Assembly (NCBI RefSeq): GCF_000738915.1
Contig: NW_026515634.1
Coordinates: 847,156-911,155 of the forward strand
Source: Nematocida ausubeli
Taxonomy: Eukaryota
DNA: 64,000 bases
Direction of reading: 5' to 3'
Made by a program: the position numbers and the translations under genes
The notes under the pieces: model-generated
Seen by the model: the letters and a program-made list of their open reading frames with translations, nothing else
What the model was told of the DNA's origin: nothing
Databases searched by the model: none
Shown: piece after piece, positions 11,686-22,397 of the stretch
How positions within the stretch are numbered: position 1 is the first letter of the stretch
Layout: each line of letters opens with the position of its first letter

Positions 11686-12470
11686 TGTAAAAATTTGCGT
11701 TTGTTTTTTCTTTTAACGCCCCATAGTAGAGACTGCCTGGCGTACAGTGGCACTGCAAAACTAAAAAGTGAAAAAGTTCAAATTGCATACTAGTACTGTA
11801 ATAGAGCATATAGTACAGTGATAGAGCATATTTAGAATTTTGTGCAGAAATGAGTGTGTCAGGTTATATTTAAGCTTAAGATCCTTTAGAGAACTAAAAT
11901 TCAGATAATCTTATCTATAAGATATATTTCTGTTATATGAATGCACTGAAAAATAACAGAATTTCATAAGAATAACTGAAAGTATTTTAGTATCATATGA
12001 AAGTGCCACTTATTTATGTACTAAGAGACTGTATATTAAGACAGCAGATTATTGAAAATACATTCTCTCAGAGAAGAACAAGTTTATCTATCAGAGCATA
12101 CTTTAAAGGCCTTTATTTGGACTATTTTAAATGGCACTATAGTAAGTATGCGTGACTAGAAAGATGTGATATAACCCGAATGTTACAAGAACCCGATATA
12201 ACCCGAAATATATTCTACTGCTTTATCACTATATTTGATAATTTAAAGGAGTAAGATCACAGTAAATTAAACTGAATATGCAAAGTATTATTATCTAATA
12301 GTAGAGTAGAGTGGACTAAGTTTACAATTCGGGTTATGGCACATGGCCTGGTCTTTGGTTTATTCGCTGTGTTTTATTTTTCTCACTCGATATTTTTTTA
12401 AAATAGTTTATGAGAGGTCTTCCGGACGTTTTCTGTCTCTTTTCCTTCTGAATATTTTTATATCGTTTTT

Positions 12471-13076
12471 ATGGGCGGGTTTGTTGTAACGTGCGTGGAT
12501 GGCGGCAGACAGAACGGGATGAGAGAGGTCTTGATGATGCTGAAAATGGCAGCATTCCATTTGGAGGGTCCTGCTGAGATTGCTAGTTCTGCGGGAGGAA
12601 TCCGGGAGGACCTGCAAAGAGAAAGAGCAGAAGCAAAAAAGTCTGAGTTTACAGTTCTTGGGGGACGAAGAGACTCCGATATACTTTTCATACGAAATGA
12701 CACAAATTACACAGAAATAAGCATATACAACGCACTGATAACACACACACAGCGTGCAGAGTATGTCCGAAGGATTATTCCAGTGCACTCCATCTTCACA
12801 CTCTCTGTGGAGAATCTAGTAAAAGCAGCAAAGGAGTCATGCGAGCTAATTGGAACACAGGAGTCTTTTAGAATCAGTCTGTCAAAAAGACTGTGCGCAC
12901 ACATAAGCAGCGAGTTTATTATAGCAAAAGTAGCAGAAAGCATCCCCAGGAAGGTAGATTTGAAAACACCGGACAAAGTGGTTATGGTGGAGATAGCAAA
13001 GGATTTGTGTGCAATTGGAGTACTTCATCCATGCCCAGGAAATTATAATATAATCCGGGGGCCAAGAGAGCAATAA
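12471..13076 (+). CDS. TAN1: THUMP-domain protein Tan1/THUMPD1
   Basis: N-terminal GFVVTC, RRIIPV, KVDLKTPDKVVMVEI, C-terminal YNI. Confidence 0.85.
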   Translation: MGGFVVTCVDGGRQNGMREVLMMLKMAAFHLEGPAEIASSAGGIREDLQRERAEAKKSEFTVLGGRRDSDILFIRNDTNYTEISIYNALITHTQRAEYVRRIIPVHSIFTLSVENLVKAAKESCELIGTQESFRISLSKRLCAHISSEFIIAKVAESIPRKVDLKTPDKVVMVEIAKDLCAIGVLHPCPGNYNIIRGPREQ

Positions 13077-13574
13077 ATAAACACACATGAAAGTAAGAAA
13101 GTTAATTAGCAAAGACATAGACAAATCAAAGATACTATGGTTCTTTGCAGTCAGAGTCCTTATCTATATACATATCTATACAGTAAAGGCGTTTTGCAGG
13201 CTGCTGTATGCAGTCATGCATATACGCAATTATTTCCGTATCCTGCTGTTTAGTCCATTTCAGAGCCTTTTTGGGTTCGGGTTATATCGGATTATATAGG
13301 CATGGTGTGCACTGGCTTTTTATAGCCTGGTATAACTAGAATTTGATGGAGTTCATATCACTTAATCCTGTACTAATTAGAGTCTCTGCTGTTCATGCAT
13401 GCCTTCTGCCTGGAATTAATTAATATTTTGGAGAAAATCTGGGCGTGCCTATTTCAGGTATATATAACTCATATTGATCATATTAATTATTTAATTAAGG
13501 GTCTGAAGAGTCTTTTCTTAATGCGGTAAAGTGCGCCATAATTAAAGCATAAATATAGCTAGAAATGTTTGGAT

Positions 13575-16487
13575 ATGAGTAAAACTTTGGCAGCCCCAAG
13601 GGACGTGGACGTGGTAATCTCAATCTTCAACACACTCAGTAGGCCATTTGCATGCCTATGCAAGGGCGTAGCGCATCTGAGAAGTGTAAGAGCGAGCATC
13701 CAGCCACTGCACGAAAAAATAGACGCAGCCGTATTGCAGAGCTTTGAAGGCTCAAGGGAGCACAAAAAGACAAAGGTCTTTGTGCTTGGGCATCTGGCAA
13801 AGGAAATGCGCGCATACTTTCTGGGCCTCCCTGCAGGAAGAACTCGCAAAGGAGAGAAACAGTACCGCTTCATACACGAGGTCCTCAGGAATAAGGCGCA
13901 TGCTTTAATTGGAGATTTAAATGGAGATTTTTTCGAAAATCTTATGAATAATGTATTTGGCGTAGAAAAGAAAACAACTGGAAATAATACAGATGTGCAG
14001 ATAGGAAGAAAATCAGCACAATCTATCACGCACTGGCCAATGAGACTATTCAGAAACACAGGAGACATAAGCACTTCCATCCAGGACATGGAGTACTATG
14101 ATATTCTGAAGGAGTTTCACTATGCGGTGTACCAAAGCAAGAACAGCATTCTTACAGGACAGAACACAGATGTCTGGGCACTTATTCGGGAGTTGTACAC
14201 CCGAACCATTGGCCGCACAGGAACTACCCCTTCCTCTATTGACGAAGTTTTATTTGTGCTTCTAATAGACAAAGCCTGCAGAGACTACTCGCCGCCTCTG
14301 CTGATTGGCGGGGGAGTGGTGGGAAGCCTTAGAATACGCAGAAAAATCTACTTTGAGAATGCAGTGCGCATGGTATGCACTGACCTAAGAAACTATCCTA
14401 TTCGAAAAATACTTAAGTCTGGGAAGATATATATGTATGCTCCTCTAATCCAGGGAGTAATGAATGTGCTGACAGAGCTAGGGACATGCAAGAAGGACCT
14501 GTCTGCCTTCCATGAGCTCCTGGACATGGAGATCCAGGAAACCAGCAGCCTGCCAGAAATGGAGAGAGAGAAGGCAGAAGAAATTCTAAAGGAGACATGC
14601 AGAATTTCAGAAGAAATTCGCACAGAAAGTGCACTGCCAAAGAGCGAAGAAAGAGACAGAAACATTGCCAGCCTAGAGGCCCAGATGATCACGCAGATAA
14701 TTCTGGGCAGCGAGGCAGTCAAAGGGCACAGATGCACACAGCAGCAGGAAGCACAAATTGACAAGCTTGTAGAAGAGTGCACAGCAACTTGGGAGAAAAT
14801 TATTCCTGCAATAGAAAGCACTAGTACGCCCGCCCCATCAGCCCTATACTTTGCAGCACCCAGAGACACTGTGCACAAAGACGGACTTACAGCAGAGTGC
14901 ACCTACACCAGCTCCATATACCATGAAGAGCTTCATTTAAGCACTTTCCACGGTGCACGAGCTGCTTCTCGCATAGCCCCCCATAATGCAAGAAGCAACA
15001 GCACGTGCAGAAATCCCCCAAGCATAAATGAGGGAGCTGAGGAAGAAAAAGTCAACAAGATTGATATTTCTAACAGCAAAGATAGTGCTAATCCTGCATC
15101 AAAAATTGCTTCAGTGGAAATTACTGCAGACACTCCTCTGAAATCAAGCCCATCCCTCATTCGTGCTGGCGGCAGTGAGACTAGTGCAAAGAAGAAAGAG
15201 CTAGGGGGCTCGCCTGCCTCAAGTGCAACACTCACCGTGAGCGTAGGACAAGTCCCAAAGGAAAGTCCCTGCTCTGACTCCAGATGCCACGTACACACCG
15301 TAGAGAAAGAAGACATGCACTTGCAAAGGCTTTCTGCCCCTCTGGATATCCAGGAGGAGTCTCAGAAGAGACAGCAGCGCATGGAAGAACTTCGGCAGTA
15401 TTTTGGCGGTCTGAAGTACGCAAGCTTCTACACCCGGAATGTACCCGACCATTTGAAAAACCTTTTCAAGAACACACCGCACATCTACAACAAAGTAAAG
15501 AAGCTCTACGACAGGGAGTTTACGGATGTACTCGCAAAGGAAGAGATCCGTGTGTGCAGGCGCAGTATGTTTAGGGATGCATACTCTGAAATGATGAATG
15601 CCCGGGAGTCAAGCGAGATACTCATGCATGTGAAGGATGATGTAATTGTAACGAAGTATATGGACACATTAAAGGAGCAAACAATTGAAAAACTAATCGC
15701 AACTGAGAAAGCCAAGAAAAGAGAGGCAATACTGCAGTCTCGCCAGGTGCCAAAGCTAAAGGGAATCAAGAAGCTTCTCAGAAAAATATCAAAGACATTT
15801 GAAGAGTTTTTCTACGCGCCCGTGCCTCTGCTTTCAGTTGAAGAAGAGCTGTCTGAGTGGGAAGATGCCCGGAGGAAGGAAATGCAGGACGAGGTTGTAT
15901 TCACAAAGAACTCGTCGCAAAGGGTTTCACACGGATTCCTGAACGTGTCAAAGGCCCTTGTTGATTTGATGCAGTACACCCCAGGATACGTATACAGAAA
16001 GCAGCCAGAGACAGTTGATGTAAAAGAGAAATATGCTGCATGGATTGACAGGGAAGAGCCCATTGACTATGAGGCTGTGAAGAGCAACCCAGATGAGCTC
16101 AGAGCACTCTCCATGGTATTCAACCGGTACATCAGAAACTACAACGGAGGAATTATCTCCAAGTACCTTTACGTTGCAGTTGCTGAGAGAGCAAACAAAG
16201 TTCCTGCAGAGAAGATTGACTATGGCCTAGGTCTTCTTATGCTTCCTACAATGGGATCTAATGTTCTTTGGCTCCTAAAGCACGCGGTGTACACAATTGA
16301 GCAGGCTGCAAAACACAGCGAGAAAAATGCAGTCTCCTACCAAGGCATAGTGAACATAGTAGCCCCAAACCTTCTGGCTGACGATGTGCCTTATACCATG
16401 GAAACATTTGTGATTGCCTTAGAGATTGCGCATTCTCTCTTTGCAGCCGTCCGGAATATCTCATTTTTAGAACAGTTCTTTGCATAG
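13575..16487 (+). CDS. Large protein with a C-terminal RhoGAP-like domain
   Basis: C-terminal YVYRK (putative Arg finger), ALSMVFNRYIR, HSEKNAVSYQGIVNIVAPNLL; first ATG at 13575 (the ORF track start is TTG). Confidence 0.7.
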   Translation: MSKTLAAPRDVDVVISIFNTLSRPFACLCKGVAHLRSVRASIQPLHEKIDAAVLQSFEGSREHKKTKVFVLGHLAKEMRAYFLGLPAGRTRKGEKQYRFIHEVLRNKAHALIGDLNGDFFENLMNNVFGVEKKTTGNNTDVQIGRKSAQSITHWPMRLFRNTGDISTSIQDMEYYDILKEFHYAVYQSKNSILTGQNTDVWALIRELYTRTIGRTGTTPSSIDEVLFVLLIDKACRDYSPPLLIGGGVVGSLRIRRKIYFENAVRMVCTDLRNYPIRKILKSGKIYMYAPLIQGVMNVLTELGTCKKDLSAFHELLDMEIQETSSLPEMEREKAEEILKETCRISEEIRTESALPKSEERDRNIASLEAQMITQIILGSEAVKGHRCTQQQEAQIDKLVEECTATWEKIIPAIESTSTPAPSALYFAAPRDTVHKDGLTAECTYTSSIYHEELHLSTFHGARAASRIAPHNARSNSTCRNPPSINEGAEEEKVNKIDISNSKDSANPASKIASVEITADTPLKSSPSLIRAGGSETSAKKKELGGSPASSATLTVSVGQVPKESPCSDSRCHVHTVEKEDMHLQRLSAPLDIQEESQKRQQRMEELRQYFGGLKYASFYTRNVPDHLKNLFKNTPHIYNKVKKLYDREFTDVLAKEEIRVCRRSMFRDAYSEMMNARESSEILMHVKDDVIVTKYMDTLKEQTIEKLIATEKAKKREAILQSRQVPKLKGIKKLLRKISKTFEEFFYAPVPLLSVEEELSEWEDARRKEMQDEVVFTKNSSQRVSHGFLNVSKALVDLMQYTPGYVYRKQPETVDVKEKYAAWIDREEPIDYEAVKSNPDELRALSMVFNRYIRNYNGGIISKYLYVAVAERANKVPAEKIDYGLGLLMLPTMGSNVLWLLKHAVYTIEQAAKHSEKNAVSYQGIVNIVAPNLLADDVPYTMETFVIALEIAHSLFAAVRNISFLEQFFA

Positions 16488-16518
16488 TTAATAAATACAT
16501 TACATTAGTCTTCACCTT

Positions 16519-16742
16519 ATAGAATATATTTATCTTCTCCTTACTTCTAGAGAATATTTACTCACTTAGAGAATATATTTATCTTCTAGAGAACAGTCAT
16601 TCTTCATGAATTTACCACATAAACTAGACATATTTACCACATAAACTAGACACATTTACTCCATAAACTACACAATATTTACCACATAAACTAGACGTAT
16701 TTACACCATAAAGGGAATATTACCACATAAACTATACATATT
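16519..16742. repeat. Intergenic minisatellites
   Basis: TAGAATATATTTATCTTCT-like unit x2; about 6 copies of a ~22-bp TTTACCACATAAACTAGACA unit. Confidence 0.85.
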
Positions 16743-16882
16743 TAATCCAGCCACAGGTACTTTTATTCTGCAATGCACAAGTATCCTACAATGCACTGGC
16801 TGTATGCATCATAAAACTCAAGGGCTTTTAATAATTTATTATTCTTATCCTATTTATTAGCCATTTATTATTATTTTATTTC

Positions 16883-19105
16883 ATGAAAGACAGGATAGCA
16901 GGCAGATTTGAGAAGGCGCGTGTAAAACAAGTTGTCTCGCATAGAAAAGAACCCCTTTCTTTGGTGGTCCTTTACAATGGAGAATTTGAAATGTGGAATA
17001 CAATTAGCATGTCTATGATTAAGTCAGGAAGTATTGGTGAAATACCCATTAGAGCAGCTGCCTTTATTGAGGACTCTGAGTGCTTTGCAATTGGGGCTGA
17101 CGATGGAATAGTCAGAATTTATTGCATAGACACATTTAAGCTAAAGTGCCAGGTGACAGCACACACTGACTTCATAAGATATATTGCAGTGCACCCAGTC
17201 CTTCCGTACCTGGCAACTGCATCAGACGACACAACAATCAAGATATGGGACTACTCCCAGGATATAACTCTGATTAAAACACTCTCTGGGCACACGCACT
17301 TTGTCATGGGCCTGGACTTTTCTTCAAAGGACAACAAGATTCTGTACTCGTGCTCACTAGACCACGCAATTATTGCATGGAACATTGAGACAGGTACACC
17401 CATTAAAACCCTAAGTAAAGCGACTAAAACAGGATTGAATGCAGTTATGGCAGTTACAGACAAGTACATCATAGGTGCAGGTGATGATGGGAAGATACAT
17501 GTCTGGGATGCATCTGCATACACTCTGATAACTAGTGTATCTGGGCACACAGGGCCTGTCACTTCAATAACACAGACCCCGCACGGGTTTATAACAGCAG
17601 GTGAAGACGGGCTGGTTAAGGAATGGAGTACAAAGAGGTTTAGGCCAGAGACAGTAACACCTGCTACAGTGCAAAGGGTCTGGAGCACAGCCACCACACG
17701 GTCTGGAGACATACTGGCTGGGGGTGACTCAGGAATTGCCTTCATTAAGCATGCGCAAAGCAGAACACTTTACGCATTCACTGCCAGGGATAAGATCGAT
17801 GGAAGAGTGATACTTGCAGAGAACACGCAAATCACACAGATAAAACTCTCTGCCCCAAATAACCCCAGAGTCGTGTCATCACTCTCTTTTCTGCCAGACA
17901 GAGTGTCTATCTCGGAAAGTGGCCGGTATGTTTCTGTTGAGTCTGATGGAACAGTCTCTGTGTACACAGTTCTTGGGTTTCTTCTGCAGATATCCGTCCC
18001 AGGGACATCGCTTGTGTGGACAGGGCCTGAGTCCTTCATTGTGGTCCATGCAGGGAATCTAGTTGTATACACAGACTTTGAGGCTGACAGAACAATAAGT
18101 GTGCCTGGAGTGCGTGCAGTCTCTGTTGAAGGTGTCTCCAAAACAGAATATTTCATTAGATCTGCAGCAGAGGAATCTGATCCTGTTGCTAGAATTATCT
18201 CTGTAAGCCAGACTGATACAACGGCTGTAGATATTCTTGATATCCCAGGGTGTATAGGCGTGCACAAGTATAAGTCTGTCTATGCTCTCTTCTACCCAGA
18301 GAGGGTCGATATTATCTCAGCAGATGGAAGTGTAATTAGCACACTTTCCTGCAAAGTTGTCAGTTGGTGCACACAGGAGAACCTTCTGTTCATACAGACA
18401 GGAGGGCAGGTGATCTATTCTATAATAACCCTGCCTAAGCAAGGCAACCTCCAGAAAGCAGCAAATAAAATGCATGCAATTGCTTTGATGGGAGTCACTG
18501 GGACTCTTCTTGGTGCGTGCGGGGATGCACTGTGGTACTTGATAAAGGAGTCTGGGCGCATATGCATGGAGGATATCCCAAGAGAGGTGATATCCTGGCA
18601 AGAAGGCATTTTGCTTGGGGAGAAGAGGCCTGTGCCAGAAGGACACTTGCGAGAGTGCATACACTTTCTGGTCAGTCTGCATATGCTTGAGGAGGCATAT
18701 GCTCTGGCAGATGATGCAGACGAGAAGTTTGAGCTTCTCATACAAATGGGCCGGCTAGAAGAAGCAGAGGAACTGGCAGACACGGAGGCAAAGTGCACTC
18801 GAATGAGCAGCCTCTTTGCGCGTGCAGGAAGAGTAGAGGCAGCCCTTAGATGCGCCCAGAAGGGCGGGTCCCCAGAGGATGAAGTTCTTCTGGCATGCCT
18901 TGCAGGATCATCCAAGGACATCTCTACAGCCGCGCACAGGGCAGCAGCTGCAGGCAAGAACCTGGTGGCCCTGGCAGGCGCGTACAAGGCAGAGCAATTT
19001 GATCTTTGCCAGAAGATTCTTGCAGGCACTGAGTTTGCCAAATTATTTGCCCGTACACACACCAGCTCTCAAGGCACCCAAGCACAGCCAAGCACAAATG
19101 AATAA
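16883..19105 (+). CDS. SEC27: Coatomer beta' subunit
   Basis: WD40 repeats with AHTDFIRYIAVHP.LPYL.TASDD.TIK.WD, GHTHFVM; C-terminal KFEL.IQ.G.L..A. Confidence 0.93.
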   Translation: MKDRIAGRFEKARVKQVVSHRKEPLSLVVLYNGEFEMWNTISMSMIKSGSIGEIPIRAAAFIEDSECFAIGADDGIVRIYCIDTFKLKCQVTAHTDFIRYIAVHPVLPYLATASDDTTIKIWDYSQDITLIKTLSGHTHFVMGLDFSSKDNKILYSCSLDHAIIAWNIETGTPIKTLSKATKTGLNAVMAVTDKYIIGAGDDGKIHVWDASAYTLITSVSGHTGPVTSITQTPHGFITAGEDGLVKEWSTKRFRPETVTPATVQRVWSTATTRSGDILAGGDSGIAFIKHAQSRTLYAFTARDKIDGRVILAENTQITQIKLSAPNNPRVVSSLSFLPDRVSISESGRYVSVESDGTVSVYTVLGFLLQISVPGTSLVWTGPESFIVVHAGNLVVYTDFEADRTISVPGVRAVSVEGVSKTEYFIRSAAEESDPVARIISVSQTDTTAVDILDIPGCIGVHKYKSVYALFYPERVDIISADGSVISTLSCKVVSWCTQENLLFIQTGGQVIYSIITLPKQGNLQKAANKMHAIALMGVTGTLLGACGDALWYLIKESGRICMEDIPREVISWQEGILLGEKRPVPEGHLRECIHFLVSLHMLEEAYALADDADEKFELLIQMGRLEEAEELADTEAKCTRMSSLFARAGRVEAALRCAQKGGSPEDEVLLACLAGSSKDISTAAHRAAAAGKNLVALAGAYKAEQFDLCQKILAGTEFAKLFARTHTSSQGTQAQPSTNE

Positions 19106-19565
19106 AATAGGCAGTTAAATAATTATCTAATCGCTTGAAGTAAAAATGCACTTGTTCTAGTCTGCGCATGCATAATAAAGAGTGCTTTATCAGAAGACTG
19201 CGTATTCTGTCCAGAAACCCCCTTAAAAGTGAATTATTTCCCCTAGCAAAGAAATTTATGGTAGAGTAGCAGCAGATCTGCAAGTAACAGAATTATCATA
19301 TGCCTAGTCTGCAGCAGTATGAATCTTGCAGTCTTTAAGTAGAAAGAATTCTCCAGAATAAATATATTTTGTCTTAAAAGAGTTCTATTTTATTTTATGC
19401 CTTGTTTCTTTCATTTTTGTATTTTCTTATGCTGTAATAAAGTGACTTATTAGTTTATTTCAACTTGAAATGAGAAAAATAATCTGAATTTATGCGGATA
19501 GATTTATGCTGAAATTAGAATACTCTTCATGCAGACTGACTTCAAACTAATAGCTTATGGGTTGA

Positions 19566-20321
19566 CTATATAATGGCACTGGTAAGATCTAACTTCATTA
19601 CTTTTTCAATTATATCTTGCATCTTGTCTGAATTCTCCATTTTTTCTATTTCTTCCACCTTCTCACCTAACCACTTTGTGAGTTCTTGGTCATTGCAGGT
19701 GTCTTCAAGGAGTTCTTGTTTTTTGCTCCCTATTAAACAAGACCTCTTCAAAGTATCTGTGTTTTTTGGTATAGTATCTGTGTACTCCTTTAATTTACTG
19801 TCTATTTTCTTATCTTCCTCTATAAAGCGTGCAAATGTCTCCAATCTTTCTTCAATTATTTTGTTAATCTCTGCCTTCATTTCCTTTACTTTTACGTCTA
19901 TTTCTCTTAATATGTTGCATTGCATGGATCTCTGGTGTTTTAATGCTTTCTTTACTCTACTGTAATTCATTAAATTCATTGCTATGTCTTCTTTTGTCTC
20001 CTGCTTTTTGGAAATTGTCTGGCTTGTATCTATATTATGTGTTGAAAGCACTGCATTCCATGCTTTTCTTAGTTTTTTGCTGTTCGCGAATATGATCAAA
20101 GACTTAATATACTCGCACTCCATGTCTTCTTTCTCTTGGACATCGTTGATTTTAAGCCACTCCTCCCAAAGACTTTTGTTTGCAGTGAATCTAAGGTTTA
20201 ATTGGTGAAAGATATCTTCGTATTTCTGAACCTCTGGGTTAGTTCTTTGCCCAAAGTACATTTCATGTTTTTCTGTGCAGTCCTTTCCTACTTTTAGCAT
20301 TTTAAATATCTCTAGAGTCAT
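19566..20321 (-). CDS. Hypothetical coiled-coil protein
   Basis: Lys/Glu-rich heptad-like ORF; first ATG at 20321 (ORF track extends to 20456). Confidence 0.65.
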   Translation of the reverse strand: MTLEIFKMLKVGKDCTEKHEMYFGQRTNPEVQKYEDIFHQLNLRFTANKSLWEEWLKINDVQEKEDMECEYIKSLIIFANSKKLRKAWNAVLSTHNIDTSQTISKKQETKEDIAMNLMNYSRVKKALKHQRSMQCNILREIDVKVKEMKAEINKIIEERLETFARFIEEDKKIDSKLKEYTDTIPKNTDTLKRSCLIGSKKQELLEDTCNDQELTKWLGEKVEEIEKMENSDKMQDIIEKVMKLDLTSAII

Positions 20322-20831
20322 AAAGCTTTTCTGCAAATGCAAAATATATAAATAGTAGAAAACTAAACCATTACCTACCCAGCCAGCAGAATGAAAATAC
20401 TTAAAGCAGCTAATTAATAACCCACAAGATATACACAATAACCCACAGATATACACTCTTGCATATAAAATTATTTACATATACGCATTACAGAACAATA
20501 TTTCTGTTGAGAATTTGTGCATTTTTATTTTAGCTTGGCATAGATACAGCATGAACACAATATACCCGACATAACCCGATATAACCCAAATTATATGCAG
20601 AGTGCCACTAAGAAGATTGAAATAGATGAGTTTTTCTTGTGTGTTTTTCTTGTGTGTTTTTCTTGAGTATTAAATTTACGGTTATACAGGATAGATTGTT
20701 GAATTAATAGATAAATATGGCCTAAGTGGCTACTACGCGCATTGTATAGTATTCTACTATTATTTATGCTGATATTCGCACTCCCAAACAAATAAGAATT
20801 ACATAAGTATCGACAATTAACAAATAATACA

Positions 20832-20972
20832 ATGCAAATAAGTAAAGCTTTTGTTCTTGTTCTAATACTCCTGGGCTGTACAGAATGCGGGTCATTTGAG
20901 ATTGAAATTACAACACAGTCTGTAAGAAATAAAGACTCTTCCACAGATAACCCCAAGAATAACACTCCTTAG
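20832..20972 (+). CDS. Short signal-peptide ORF (46 aa) or truncated secreted-protein pseudogene
   Basis: Hand translation MQISKAFVLVLILLGCTECGSFEIEITTQ...NNTP*; below the ORF-track cutoff. Confidence 0.4.
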   Translation: MQISKAFVLVLILLGCTECGSFEIEITTQSVRNKDSSTDNPKNNTP

Positions 20973-21101
20973 CAAGGTGCATCCCAGGATATTGATATAA
21001 ACATAGATGGAAGTATCTGAATTCTGCAGAAAACACTGAATAAAGCACAATTACTCACTACGGTTTCTGAATAATTTAAATTGCTGAGATTTTTTAAAGA
21101 C

Positions 21102-22379
21102 ATGGAGGAAAGATGTTCTCTTGTCAAGTTAAACTTGCAGTTTCACGAAGATGCAGCAATATTTTCCGTTGATGTAATGGAAAGAGAAGGAAAGACAATA
21201 CTAGCGACAGCAGGCGGGGATAAGGCAATTCGTCTCTGGGAGTATATATACGAGGCAGATCCCCCAAGAGACCCATTTGAGTACAAAACAGCCATGTCTG
21301 ATGGGTGCACAGTGACGCACTTGTTTACACTGAATAAGCACCAGGGAAGTGTTAATAGCGTACAGTTCAGTAAAGATGGGAAGTATTTGCTGTCCGGAGG
21401 AGACAAAGGAGCAGTTTTCCTGTGGGAGATGCAAAGCATCCTGCAGAGTACCCCAGGGGAAGAAGATAAAAAGTACTCTGGCCAGCCAATAGTCATAAGA
21501 GAGACAGATAATACAGATATATACGAAGTAAAATGGCTGAAGGACAGAATTCTTGTTGGGACATCAACAGGGCGGATTGAACAGTACAGGATATCCAGTA
21601 AATCACCAGATGCACTGCAAGAAGACAGCTGCTCACAGGAGCCTACTAGAGTGGAGAAGGCAAGTGATTCACCCCAGGCCTCTCAGAAATTAAGCGAAAC
21701 CCCACAAGAGTCCACCCAGAGCGAGAATAGTCACCCGAATGAAAGCGTACCCGTAAACAGTGCACAAACAAAGACAGAGAAACCAGCCCAGAAGATTAAA
21801 CTGAGAATAATTGAGGAGTACACCACAAACATCACATCAAAGTGCATTTCATCCAAGAGACAGCACAAAGACGTGATCCAGGGGGTTGCATGCACTGAGG
21901 ACGTATATGCCACAATTGGAAATGATCGTGTGCTGAAAATATTCACAGAGTCAGGCAAACTGCTTCGAAAAGTATCTAAGAAGTCCCTTATAACAGACAA
22001 GCACAATTTCTTCTTCCGAAGAATATCTTTTTCGCAGGACGGCCATCTGTACCTGCCATCTGCCACACATGAAGGAAAACATGTGGTTTACATTCTGGCC
22101 CCACCAGACTACTTAATTACAAATGCAATCAGCCCCTTTACGACCTCCACAGTCTGCACCCTCTCTACTGCAGACTACCTTGTTGTGTCAGAGGGCAGGC
22201 ATTTATACATTTTTAACTCAAAGACACTGCAGCTGGTTTTAAGGGTAAAAGACTGCACTTTTCTCCCAATTACAGATATTAAAACAATATACGACAGAAA
22301 GGACAGCCTTTCCCTGATAATTTCCTCCAGTGATGGGTTTTTAACTAATGCGCGGATTTTCAAGCCAAGTAGATTATAA
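21102..22379 (+). CDS. CAC2: WD40 protein, chromatin assembly factor 1 subunit B (Cac2/p60)-like
   Basis: LATAGGD..IRLW, HQGSVNSVQFS.DGKYL.SGGD, HKDVIQGVA, FFRRISFSQDG, SSSDGF; HIRA N-terminus is the alternative. Confidence 0.8.
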   Translation: MEERCSLVKLNLQFHEDAAIFSVDVMEREGKTILATAGGDKAIRLWEYIYEADPPRDPFEYKTAMSDGCTVTHLFTLNKHQGSVNSVQFSKDGKYLLSGGDKGAVFLWEMQSILQSTPGEEDKKYSGQPIVIRETDNTDIYEVKWLKDRILVGTSTGRIEQYRISSKSPDALQEDSCSQEPTRVEKASDSPQASQKLSETPQESTQSENSHPNESVPVNSAQTKTEKPAQKIKLRIIEEYTTNITSKCISSKRQHKDVIQGVACTEDVYATIGNDRVLKIFTESGKLLRKVSKKSLITDKHNFFFRRISFSQDGHLYLPSATHEGKHVVYILAPPDYLITNAISPFTTSTVCTLSTADYLVVSEGRHLYIFNSKTLQLVLRVKDCTFLPITDIKTIYDRKDSLSLIISSSDGFLTNARIFKPSRL

Positions 22380-22397
22380 AAAAATTTGCAGCTTCTT

